Shown: piece after piece, positions 20,169 to 29,293 of the stretch
Layout: every line of letters begins with the position of its first letter
Numbering within the stretch: position 1 is the first letter of the stretch
Source: a virus
Length of the DNA: 64,000 bases
Virus record (IMG/VR): IMGVR_UViG_3300026512_000005
Span: 1-64,000 of that record
Strand: one strand, 5' to 3'
Made by a program: the position numbers and the translations under genes
Notes under the pieces: generated by a model
Database searches by the model: none
The model's input: only the letters and a program-made list of their open reading frames with translations
What the model was told of the DNA's origin: nothing

Positions 20169-20200
20169 TATATACTATGGTTTATAGACCATAGTATATA
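20169..20200 (-). terminator. hairpin/terminator
   Basis: TATATACTATGGT...ACCATAGTATATA, T-run follows on minus strand. Confidence 0.65.
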
Positions 20201-20209
20201 TGTAGCAAC

Positions 20210-20806
20210 CTACTCTTTAATTTCATCGAATAAAGCTTTAATATCTTTATCTGTTGTTTTCGCATTAAATCCTTCAGCTTTTGCCATAATCAAATCTGCT
20301 GTTGGAAACTCACCTTCATTTATTAATGCAGATACTCTGATACGAAATGCTTCGATACGTGCATTAAATGTTGTAAGTCCATTTTTATACGCAGCACCCA
20401 TTTTAATAATAAGGTCAGCAAGTGCGTCAACTTTAATACCTTTAAATTCAGCCTCTAACGATAGCTGTTCCTTATATGAACCATCTGCTTTAAACGCGAC
20501 AGCCATTTCTAGCTTCTCAGCATATCTAGAAACTTGTTCAGAACTAGTGTTTGCACCACCAATTAACTTAATGGCATCGGCAGTTTTTTCATCACATAGA
20601 CGCTGTAAGATACCTAGACGATCAGCTTTATCGCGTGCTATTTTGGCTTGTAATTTTTCACTGTCTGTGTATTTTACAATCTTACCATCTTTAACTAACT
20701 TAATGTCTTCAACATCACAATCAAATTCAACATATTCTTCTCTACCAGTTTCTACATCCTCGATATCTTCAACAATAACTGATAAATCACTTTTGATAAA
20801 ACTCAT
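20210..20806 (-). CDS. putative tail fibre assembly protein
   Basis: QVSRYAEKLEMA...LSLEAEFKGIKVDALADLII...IEAFR pattern; directly follows a fibre-like gene. Confidence 0.55.
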   Translation of the reverse strand: MSFIKSDLSVIVEDIEDVETGREEYVEFDCDVEDIKLVKDGKIVKYTDSEKLQAKIARDKADRLGILQRLCDEKTADAIKLIGGANTSSEQVSRYAEKLEMAVAFKADGSYKEQLSLEAEFKGIKVDALADLIIKMGAAYKNGLTTFNARIEAFRIRVSALINEGEFPTADLIMAKAEGFNAKTTDKDIKALFDEIKE

Positions 20807-22228
20807 CTATACTCCCTCATTCCAAATTTCATGTATTTTGCTAACACTGTTTTTATACGAAGCTAACATTCTTTCTGTTAAATCGTAATCCATTTTTAAA
20901 CCAGCATTTTTAATGTTATGTAGATTATAAACATTGTGTCCTAAACCAAATCTATAGTTGTTATTATCACTAGTGTAATAGTAAGCAGATGTGCTAAAGA
21001 ATAAAACAATAGTAGTATTAGCAGGTACCGTAATTCTAGTACTTGTATTCCATGCACCCGTACCACCAGTGTAAGTATATCTATTAGACATACTAATATT
21101 ACTTACTCTACCACGAGACGAATTAGGTGTACCAGTCCAAACATGACTATAGCCATGCCCTCCATTACGGCCGTTAGATGAGCCACCAAAGTAAAACTGA
21201 AATGAACGACTATCGTTAGTATCATTTTTTATAAACATAGCACTAACCGCTTTATCAGCATAATTATACTTGTGGCTAGAAGACGCATAAATACTATACT
21301 CATCTTTATATACAAAGTTGTTACTTATACCATTAGCATAAACTTTATGCTGTGGTAGTTTCCAGTCACCCCAACCCATTATCATTCTACGTACATAATC
21401 GGAACTCTGTGTGGTAAAGTCACTAGTTGAATGATTACGATTTTGTGCATAGTTCTTATATCCACTAATAATACCGAATAGGATAGGTATACCCTCTTCA
21501 ATCACACCAGTACCACTGTTATTAGTGTTACCTTTACTAACTTCAACATCTATAATTTTAGTACTTGTTTCATTATATAAATTTTCAGTAATTTCAAGTT
21601 CATAACTACAAGAATCATCAACCAGTTTAGGTGTAGTAATTGTTAGTTTATCTCCAGCACGTATACCTTTAACATCAGATACCTTAAGTAACTTTTGGTC
21701 ATCCATACTATAAATAGCTCTACGGTTACCTATAATTGTAAATGTATACTTAGTTTCTGGTTTAAGAATACTTGGTAGTGTATGCTGGAATTCAACCATA
21801 TCAACTTTTACAGATAAATCATCTTTGACTTTTTTGATTACAGAATCAGTTTCTGTTTTTAAATCTTTAACAACTTTATCTAAGTCTATCTCTTTAACTT
21901 TACCCTCAAGTGTAGCTATAGATTTTTCAACTTTTTTGTCTAGTTCAGAAACTAATGTTTTATAGTCAAGTTTACTAAGCTTATTCTCAACTTCTTTACG
22001 TAGTGCCTTATTATTATCAGAGGCTTCTTCTAGAACCTTTTCTAAATTTAGTTCGCTAACTGTTACTTTTAATTTTGCGATACTATCTGCAGTTATTTTT
22101 TTAACTGACGCTACATACGCATCGTTTTTCTCTTCCATTAAAGAAGTAACTTTTTCATATTTACTCAACAACTTTGTTTGTTGTGCAAGTAATTGATTTA
22201 TCAGTGTATCTTCGACTTTTTCACTCAT
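20807..22228 (-). CDS. putative tail fibre / receptor-binding protein
   Basis: N-terminal coiled coil, Ig-like middle, Asn/Ser/Tyr/Gly-rich beta C-terminal domain. Confidence 0.55.
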   Translation of the reverse strand: MSEKVEDTLINQLLAQQTKLLSKYEKVTSLMEEKNDAYVASVKKITADSIAKLKVTVSELNLEKVLEEASDNNKALRKEVENKLSKLDYKTLVSELDKKVEKSIATLEGKVKEIDLDKVVKDLKTETDSVIKKVKDDLSVKVDMVEFQHTLPSILKPETKYTFTIIGNRRAIYSMDDQKLLKVSDVKGIRAGDKLTITTPKLVDDSCSYELEITENLYNETSTKIIDVEVSKGNTNNSGTGVIEEGIPILFGIISGYKNYAQNRNHSTSDFTTQSSDYVRRMIMGWGDWKLPQHKVYANGISNNFVYKDEYSIYASSSHKYNYADKAVSAMFIKNDTNDSRSFQFYFGGSSNGRNGGHGYSHVWTGTPNSSRGRVSNISMSNRYTYTGGTGAWNTSTRITVPANTTIVLFFSTSAYYYTSDNNNYRFGLGHNVYNLHNIKNAGLKMDYDLTERMLASYKNSVSKIHEIWNEGV

Positions 22229-22289
22229 TTCTGTTCCTTATATAATATGTTCGGAAGTTTTAATCTTCTCAGGTAATAACAATGTAATG

Positions 22290-22703
22290 TTATTTTATAC
22301 TACGTTCAGCTATATCATCTTCTATAATATGTTTTTCCATAATTATAGACTTGGTAATAAGATTGTTATTAACACGTTGTTGTTCTTTCGATGCTTGTAT
22401 ATCTTTCTTTTCTTTATTGTAGTCCAGAATGTCTTTACTTATAATAGCACTTTCTAATTCACCTACTCTAACGATTAAGGAATTTATAAGTTTATCTCTA
22501 TCAGCTAGAGCCTTGGATAAATGTACTAAATCTAAACTTTCACGTATCTTACTAATGTTAGGTACAGTTTCTTCTTTGACCTCACCTTCGTTATTCATGA
22601 ACTTAAACGTTACATCCGCACTTTTCTTATCATAAAAGAAATCCTGAAATTTCTCGGCCATACCTATTAAAGTATACGCGGCTATTTTACTACTCATACC
22701 CAT
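22290..22703 (-). CDS. hypothetical tail-associated protein
   Basis: 137 aa, coiled-coil C-terminus, in fibre operon. Confidence 0.5.
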   Translation of the reverse strand: MGMSSKIAAYTLIGMAEKFQDFFYDKKSADVTFKFMNNEGEVKEETVPNISKIRESLDLVHLSKALADRDKLINSLIVRVGELESAIISKDILDYNKEKKDIQASKEQQRVNNNLITKSIIMEKHIIEDDIAERSIK

Positions 22704-23491
22704 TATATATCTCCTCTGTTAATTGTATCAAAATGATGTATACCTAAAGCTTTAGCATTAACTATAACTTCTAGTAACTCATCATAACCCTCTTGTAATT
22801 CTTTCATCTCTTTAGAACTAGTTCTAACATCACCATAGTCAACCGTTGAGGCATGTCTTGATTTACCCATGGTCTTTATAATAAGTTTACCAATATTGCT
22901 TCTCTGGTTACCAGTACTAATATAAACCGCCTCTATGGTATAGTGTCTATTCCCATCAAGTACATCATTAGGAATGCGTATGCTGGTAAGGTTAGCGTCA
23001 TCCTGTTCACGTTGCCACTTCACAGTACCATTGGTATCACGTACAAACCAGTTCGTACATTTATGGTCGCCAACACCAGAAAATAATATAAAATCTGATG
23101 CAGTTACATTAAAACCACCCAATTCAGAATTATTTACATCGCAATCTATAGAAAGACTAGGCGTTACTATAACAGCATTGTTATGACTAAACCCATCACC
23201 ACTACGAGTGATAATTACAGGTCTACCTTGGTAATAGTCCTCTTTTTCACCCTCCTCATTAAAGTTTAATCTTACCCTACCATAGTATATATCTTGTACA
23301 GTAAAATCTAAATCAAATTCTCTACCAGTTAAGTATTTCTTATCTTTTTGGATATTAACAATAAAATCTTTATCCGTGAACTGACCGTCAGTACTAATCT
23401 GATAATCCACGGACTTTAAAGTCTTTTTACTAGGTAACTTGACTGATCGTATAGCTAATTTAATTATCGCCATTATATGTCCTTCTTTCAT
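22703..23491 (-). CDS. virion structural protein with FN3/Ig-like repeats
   Basis: TPS...H..TNW...D..NLTSI...Y repeat unit; paralog of 45854..46747. Confidence 0.55.
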   Translation of the reverse strand: MKEGHIMAIIKLAIRSVKLPSKKTLKSVDYQISTDGQFTDKDFIVNIQKDKKYLTGREFDLDFTVQDIYYGRVRLNFNEEGEKEDYYQGRPVIITRSGDGFSHNNAVIVTPSLSIDCDVNNSELGGFNVTASDFILFSGVGDHKCTNWFVRDTNGTVKWQREQDDANLTSIRIPNDVLDGNRHYTIEAVYISTGNQRSNIGKLIIKTMGKSRHASTVDYGDVRTSSKEMKELQEGYDELLEVIVNAKALGIHHFDTINRGDI

Positions 23492-23529
23492 TTTTATTAG
23501 ATATTCAAAAAAATAAGAAACATACTAAA

Positions 23530-23559
23530 AGTATAATGGACAAAAAAGTCCATTATACT
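23530..23559 (-). terminator. hairpin/terminator
   Basis: AGTATAATGGAC-aaaaaa-GTCCATTATACT. Confidence 0.6.
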
Positions 23560-24109
23560 ATTCTTTAACCATCAAGGGTTGCCCTATCTCGTCCTTGTGT
23601 TTTATACGAGCTTTCATCAAAATGTTTAACTCTTCTAGGTATTTATTGGGGTCTTCTTTAACGTCATCCAAGTCTAGGAATATCTCTTTATTCTTTTTGT
23701 TATATACCGTAGTGTTATTAACGACATAAGTCTTACCTTTATGTACGAATGTACCATACTCATCATCATCCAGATATACAAGATAATGGAAAAGTTCATA
23801 AATATTGGCGACTTCATTTATGTTAATATATTTGGCGTTAACATCTACCCATAATCTTTCAATTTTTAGTTCATGTCTGATTTTATAGATAATATCACGA
23901 ATGTTACTACCACGATTACCAATGATATGCGGTATGTCCGACTGTTTAGCTGTGAACTTAATTCTTTTAGTTCTGAGTATATCTTTCTTATTACATATAA
24001 CGAGACCGTCTATAATACCCAGTTCTACTAAATAGAACTCTTCCCTATCTATCCCCTGTAACTCTTCTTCCGTTAAATTCTTATGTACCGTATTTAAATC
24101 TAATAACAT
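23558..24109 (-). CDS. KH-domain RNA-binding protein
   Basis: DIPHIIGNRGSNIRDI (IIGxxG KH loop). Confidence 0.7.
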   Translation of the reverse strand: MLLDLNTVHKNLTEEELQGIDREEFYLVELGIIDGLVICNKKDILRTKRIKFTAKQSDIPHIIGNRGSNIRDIIYKIRHELKIERLWVDVNAKYININEVANIYELFHYLVYLDDDEYGTFVHKGKTYVVNNTTVYNKKNKEIFLDLDDVKEDPNKYLEELNILMKARIKHKDEIGQPLMVKE

Positions 24110-24118
24110 TATATCTCC

Positions 24119-25174
24119 TTATTTTATCAATTCCATCTCTAGTGCTATCGCCTTGCTATACTGTTTACTAATTTTCTTTAGAACTTTAGCTTTATAACTT
24201 ACACCGAATTGTACTGAGTATTCAAATATACTATATTGCTGTGTTGTTTTATCATAATGTAAATCTAAGCTAATGGCTGGTAGGTTAATACTATCCCCTA
24301 CGTGTTTACTAATGTTAATAATCTCTTTGAATAAAGGATGTTCTTTATTAATTACAGTATGGACACGTTCCACGCTACTATTAGGACTATACCCAAAGCG
24401 TTCCTCTACTACATAATCCTTTGGCTCAGTTCCCCTAAAATATAAGATACGAAATTCTAAACTTGTTTTAGGGCAATTACTAACAGCTTCTTGTATATAA
24501 TAATTGTTATTTAATAAAGAATTGTAAATCATTTCTACTTCACCTCCATTTTTGGCAGTACGTGTATCTATACCAAAAAGTATATTAAAAATATCTGCAG
24601 TAAGTTCTCCGTCTTTAGTATTTTTACTCTTTAACCCATCGGGAAGTAAATCATAGTTCTCATGTTTATTAATTTGCGTATTACCATCTATAATACTAAA
24701 CATTTCCATTAAAACAAATTTATTCTTTATTCGATGTTTACCAACACTACGTGCTTGATTCAACGCTTTAATATATAACGGTTTATCGCTGGGTAAAGAT
24801 GTAAATACATCACGTATATTTTCTGTATTATAATACCAATTGGGTATGTGTACATTTGTAATCCGTTTCTCTTTAATACGTACCAGCACATCACTTAGTA
24901 AAGTTAGATTCACAATGTCGTGCATACGTATAGTATTTATCACTTTAAAGTTTTTTTGCAACATGGCGAGTTGTAAATGTGTACCATCATATATAAAATT
25001 ATCACATAATCCGGTATATAGTAAGAAATCTTTTTTAGTTTTCTTATGGTTACTATTAGTAATTAAACTATCCGCTAATAATGCCTTAGTACCATTAATT
25101 CTTTTTATCATTACATTGGGAATATTAATTAACAAACTTTGTGGTAATCTAAAATCTATATAAAGTGTTCTCAT
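24119..25174 (-). CDS. ATP-grasp fold protein
   Basis: PLYIKA..QARSVG, YYIQEAV, EFRILYF, ISLDL, IFEYS in ATP-grasp order. Confidence 0.6.
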   Translation of the reverse strand: MRTLYIDFRLPQSLLINIPNVMIKRINGTKALLADSLITNSNHKKTKKDFLLYTGLCDNFIYDGTHLQLAMLQKNFKVINTIRMHDIVNLTLLSDVLVRIKEKRITNVHIPNWYYNTENIRDVFTSLPSDKPLYIKALNQARSVGKHRIKNKFVLMEMFSIIDGNTQINKHENYDLLPDGLKSKNTKDGELTADIFNILFGIDTRTAKNGGEVEMIYNSLLNNNYYIQEAVSNCPKTSLEFRILYFRGTEPKDYVVEERFGYSPNSSVERVHTVINKEHPLFKEIINISKHVGDSINLPAISLDLHYDKTTQQYSIFEYSVQFGVSYKAKVLKKISKQYSKAIALEMELIK

Positions 25175-25368
25175 AGTGTTTACTTCCTTTTTTTTTTATG
25201 AAATATTTAGTATAACATAACCATATTTACTATGTCTACTCTACTGGTATTAATAAAACTGCTAAGTAAGTCGTTTAGTAACGTACCTATAAAGTTTTAT
25301 TTGTGAGCGTCTATCAATGATGTCCACCGTAGATATAGTTTATACAAATCACGATGTGGTCCGTGATA

Positions 25369-25590
25369 TTACGGCAACAATGTATCATTTACTGTATAAT
25401 TAGATAATATACTTTTGACAAGATTGACATGTGGTATATACCCCTTTGACGTTCTTGTGTTAGGGTCATACCATTTGAAACTACTGGTTTCATGTGGTTG
25501 CTTTATATTTTGCCTTTCTGTACAAAACACCTCTTGTCTACTAAGGTCATCGAGTCTATACGAAACCATTGATTTACAGTCTTCTTTCAT
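25369..25590 (-). CDS. small early protein
   Basis: AAGGAAAG SD and early promoter directly upstream. Confidence 0.55.
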   Translation of the reverse strand: MKEDCKSMVSYRLDDLSRQEVFCTERQNIKQPHETSSFKWYDPNTRTSKGYIPHVNLVKSILSNYTVNDTLLP

Positions 25591-25612
25591 TACTTTCCTT
25601 TATATTGTTATA

Positions 25613-25631
25613 TTTACATCTTAATAATATA
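25613..25631 (-). promoter_or_regulatory. putative early promoter
   Basis: TATATTATTAAGATGTAAA. Confidence 0.75.
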
Positions 25632-25702
25632 GCGTTAAAAATAAATGAATTCTTACTGAACACTAATTAGAATGCACAACATATATAATAAAAGGGTACA
25701 GA

Positions 25703-27334
25703 ATGAATAATGCACCAGAAGCTAAGCTTGTTACATATTTATCTACTAATGAAGTAGGTGAAGACATACATATAGTAAAAGAAACACATTTTGAAAATAA
25801 TAGATATACAGATAATATTAAAATTATAAAAGATTACAAAAGACCATTCCATATAACTAAACCAATTTTTAGAAACCACACAGATAAGAAAGAGGCAGAA
25901 GATATAAGTAGGGTTGATAAATATCTATCCACAGAATCAGAGTTATTCAACAACATATCACGTAGGGTGGGTAACGGATACACTGGTAAGGCAGATGTTC
26001 GTAAATTAAAGAAAAATCCTTATATTTATAGTGCCGATGTAAACAGTAGAACATTCCTTAAACAAGAGTACATGACCAGAAATAATAATAAATTATCACC
26101 ATATCGTATAGGCGTTTTCGATATAGAATTTAATGTATTAACCAGTGAGATTATTATTCTAACCATTGTTACCAAGAAGAAGATGAAAACGGCTCTTCTA
26201 AAGTCTTTTGCCGATACTGTACCGGATTTGGAACGACGTATTAATAATATGTTTGTAAAGCACATACCTACAGATAAATATAGAAACATGGATAGAGATA
26301 TACAGATTTTTGATAATGAAGTAGACATGATTAAGTTTATATTCTACGAAGCCAACTATATGGATATAGATATATTAACTGCATGGAATATTAAATATGA
26401 TATTACCCAAATACTAGATGTTCTAGAACGAGAGAATGAAGATATAGCATCGGTTTTCCACTATGATAAGATACCTTATAAATACAGATACTTTAACTTT
26501 AAAGAGGGTAACTCTGTTAAGAAAACTGAAGCCGGTAGGGAGATAGCTATTAATATAGAAGAAAGATGGCATACCATAAAAACTACTACTAACTACCAGA
26601 TGTTGGATGCTATGGCTAGTCATAGATATGTTCGTGCTGGTGGTGCTACTGTATCTGGTGGGTATAGCCTTGATAACATATTAGAAAAAGAAGGTGTTGC
26701 TAAGAAATTAACATTTAGTAGTAACCAAGGGTTTAAAGGTATCGAATGGCATATTGACATGGTTGCTAATAAGCCTGCTGAATATATTATCTATAATATG
26801 TGGGATTGTTTAAGTATGCTAGAATTAGATGATAAAACTAAGGACTTAACAGTCTCAGTGCCGTTACTACTAGGAATGAGTCATCCTGACATCTTTAACT
26901 CTGGACCTAAACGTATTGTTGATTCATTAACCTTCTTCTATGAGAAACGTGGTAAAGTTCTAGGTGTAAAAGATATGACTGAAGAGAATGATAAGATTCT
27001 AGGTCTTGGTGGTTGGATTTTAACATTGCAATCGTTTATGTCTACTGATAATGGTTTATCCAACATAGAAGAAATGAGAGAACTTATAACAAACATTAAA
27101 ACAATGGTATTTGATAGTGATTGCCTTTCGTCATATCCGAATGATATACTTAGTGCTAATGTTAGTAAGGATACGTCACATAGAGAGTTAATAGCAATAG
27201 CTGGTATACTAAAGAGTACTTTCATATTACAAAACATAAACTCAATGTTTGGTGCTACTAATGCGATTGAGTACTGTCAGGCAATGTTTAAAATGCCATC
27301 ATTATTTAAATTATTAGACGAGATAAAAGAATAA
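25703..27334 (+). CDS. split family B DNA polymerase, N-terminal subunit (3'-5' exonuclease plus motif A; phiKZ gp82-like)
   Basis: ExoI FDIEF, ExoII AWNIKYDI, YSLDNI, ExoIII YNMWDC, pol motif A DSDCLSSYPN; motifs B and C absent. Confidence 0.85.
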   Translation: MNNAPEAKLVTYLSTNEVGEDIHIVKETHFENNRYTDNIKIIKDYKRPFHITKPIFRNHTDKKEAEDISRVDKYLSTESELFNNISRRVGNGYTGKADVRKLKKNPYIYSADVNSRTFLKQEYMTRNNNKLSPYRIGVFDIEFNVLTSEIIILTIVTKKKMKTALLKSFADTVPDLERRINNMFVKHIPTDKYRNMDRDIQIFDNEVDMIKFIFYEANYMDIDILTAWNIKYDITQILDVLERENEDIASVFHYDKIPYKYRYFNFKEGNSVKKTEAGREIAINIEERWHTIKTTTNYQMLDAMASHRYVRAGGATVSGGYSLDNILEKEGVAKKLTFSSNQGFKGIEWHIDMVANKPAEYIIYNMWDCLSMLELDDKTKDLTVSVPLLLGMSHPDIFNSGPKRIVDSLTFFYEKRGKVLGVKDMTEENDKILGLGGWILTLQSFMSTDNGLSNIEEMRELITNIKTMVFDSDCLSSYPNDILSANVSKDTSHRELIAIAGILKSTFILQNINSMFGATNAIEYCQAMFKMPSLFKLLDEIKE

Positions 27335-27352
27335 AAAAAGAAGGTACGCCGC

Positions 27353-27386
27353 TATCTATATAAGACCATAAGGTCTTATATAGATA
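27353..27386. terminator. bidirectional terminator
   Basis: TATCTATATAAGACC-ataa-GGTCTTATATAGATA followed by T-run; A-run before. Confidence 0.75.
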
Positions 27387-27453
27387 TTTTTTTTATCATA
27401 ACGTTGGTTACATAGATTAACCTTTATAGGCCTCATTTCTAATATTAATCAAG

Positions 27454-28248
27454 TTACAATGACTTATATTCTTTGGATAACTGGTCTAATAAAACTGAAA
27501 CATTATGTTCGGGAGTAATCTCTCTTCTGTCACGTTTTAGTTTCTTTATCTCTCTTTTAAGTTTAGCTTTTGTTAAGGCTTTCTCCTTATCACTTTCATT
27601 CTGTGTTTCTTTCCAATGCTTACGAGGCACAGTTTTACTGGTGGTATTGGAACTTACTTCTTTCACTGCTTCGATAATATGTGACACAGCCGGTAAAAGT
27701 TTACGTATTCCACTCCGCATACCCATATCTGAGTCAGGTGGATAGACATTACATTTCTTCACGGTATTCCAGATATCATCTTCAGTAAGCATACCATTTA
27801 CATTCTTGGTATTTTCTAATTCTTCTAGACAGGTTATATTAAAATTCATTCTGTCATTTAGATATGCGTCAAACAACATATTATTCTCTGAACTAACATC
27901 TTCACCGAATAACTTTACAAATAATACATAGCGTTCATCCACATGATAGTCATGGTATCCACCGGTAATACAACCATCAGGATGGTCATATGGTGTCGTC
28001 ATGTTATACTTACTGAATCTAGCTAATAACTTATCTACATCATTAGCCTCTTCCTGTTTAAAATCACCGTGCCACTTACCAGTATTACACTTACTACATA
28101 ACAGCCCATCCAATGTACCTTGTTCAATCATCTGATACATTTCCATACTATGCAAATTAGGATATCCTGTTGTTGTCTCGACACACCCTTTATCGTTCAA
28201 ATTAGTATTTTCAATACAACCGCATTTACTACATATAAATAAACCCAT
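27454..28248 (-). CDS. zinc-finger hypothetical protein
   Basis: MGLFICSKCGCIENT ... LLCSKCNTGKWHGDF. Confidence 0.65.
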   Translation of the reverse strand: MGLFICSKCGCIENTNLNDKGCVETTTGYPNLHSMEMYQMIEQGTLDGLLCSKCNTGKWHGDFKQEEANDVDKLLARFSKYNMTTPYDHPDGCITGGYHDYHVDERYVLFVKLFGEDVSSENNMLFDAYLNDRMNFNITCLEELENTKNVNGMLTEDDIWNTVKKCNVYPPDSDMGMRSGIRKLLPAVSHIIEAVKEVSSNTTSKTVPRKHWKETQNESDKEKALTKAKLKREIKKLKRDRREITPEHNVSVLLDQLSKEYKSL

Positions 28249-28260
28249 TGTTTCTCCCTA

Positions 28261-28875
28261 TTAAATTATTACGTAAAATGGATAACCTGTAGAGGCATAT
28301 GTTATACTAGTATGTTTAAATAACGTCTCTATATCTAGACGCGAGATAGTGCTAGTTGGTATTTTTACACCGCTACCTTCTATATAGATATATTTCTTAT
28401 CCATACGAAATGTGTTTATATGTTTAAACATACTCATTAGGTTACTATTTGAACTATTTAGTGGTCTTGTTAAAACTACAGTTAGGTATCTATCCTTACC
28501 AATGGTATTTAGTGTATCTAGACCATATAAAAATTTATCATGTGCGTCTAGTGTATTTATATCAACGCGTTTAGGACTTACTTTAAGACGTATCCTATGC
28601 ATATCTAATCCCGTCATATCTGATAATCGTTGCTTTATATCAAGTACGTTTTCACCATCTTTACCTATAATAGAACCAACAAGTGACGACATTACTTTTA
28701 TATTAACCTTTATGAAAGATTTCTTTGGTTTATTTGGTACAAATATATAGATTAAATCACTACCACCTATTTCTAATAGTTTACCTCCAGATCCTTTAAT
28801 CAGGTCTGGTATGCTACTATTCATCTTCTGTAATTCACCAAGCGTGTATGTTTCAAAATCTTTTAATGTTTCCAT
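28261..28875 (-). CDS. KH-domain (type II, uS3-like) RNA-binding protein
   Basis: VGSIIGKDGENVLDIKQRLSDMTG. Confidence 0.7.
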   Translation of the reverse strand: METLKDFETYTLGELQKMNSSIPDLIKGSGGKLLEIGGSDLIYIFVPNKPKKSFIKVNIKVMSSLVGSIIGKDGENVLDIKQRLSDMTGLDMHRIRLKVSPKRVDINTLDAHDKFLYGLDTLNTIGKDRYLTVVLTRPLNSSNSNLMSMFKHINTFRMDKKYIYIEGSGVKIPTSTISRLDIETLFKHTSITYASTGYPFYVII

Positions 28876-29201
28876 ATTAAACTCCTAATATATTTTTTAA
28901 ATAACTTCTTATATTTACGTTTATCTATCTGATACCAATCCATCAGCCCTTCTTCTAGACCACAATAATAATATACATGCCCATTTTTAACATAGATTAC
29001 ATTAGGTGGATAATTATCTACGACCTTACCCAATATTTCATTAGTTTCGACTATTACCTTATTACTTACATTATTACGCAATAATAGTCGCACTACATAT
29101 ACATGTTGATTATTATCACACTGATAATAATTGTGTCCACGATCTGATGCCAGTAATGATGTAGCGAAAATACATTGTCGTAACTGTCTATTTGTTATCA
29201 A
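28863..29201 (-). CDS. hypothetical early protein
   Basis: TTG start with AAGGAG SD; promoter upstream. Confidence 0.55.
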   Translation of the reverse strand: MITNRQLRQCIFATSLLASDRGHNYYQCDNNQHVYVVRLLLRNNVSNKVIVETNEILGKVVDNYPPNVIYVKNGHVYYYCGLEEGLMDWYQIDKRKYKKLFKKYIRSLIWKH

Positions 29202-29224
29202 TCGTTGCTCCTTATATTGTTATA

Positions 29225-29243
29225 TTCACATATTAATAATATA
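29225..29243 (-). promoter_or_regulatory. putative early promoter
   Basis: TATATTATTAATATGTGAA. Confidence 0.65.
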
Positions 29244-29260
29244 GTGGGATAAAACTATGG

Positions 29261-29290
29261 ATATACATAGAGTAAAGACTCTATGTATAT
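29261..29290 (-). terminator. hairpin/terminator
   Basis: ATATACATAGAGT-aaag-ACTCTATGTATAT. Confidence 0.65.
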
Positions 29291-29293
29291 TTA

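Noticed and set aside
25313-25387. 24-codon minus-strand micro-ORF (MIHCCRNITDH...)
   Set aside because: No SD and too short to support
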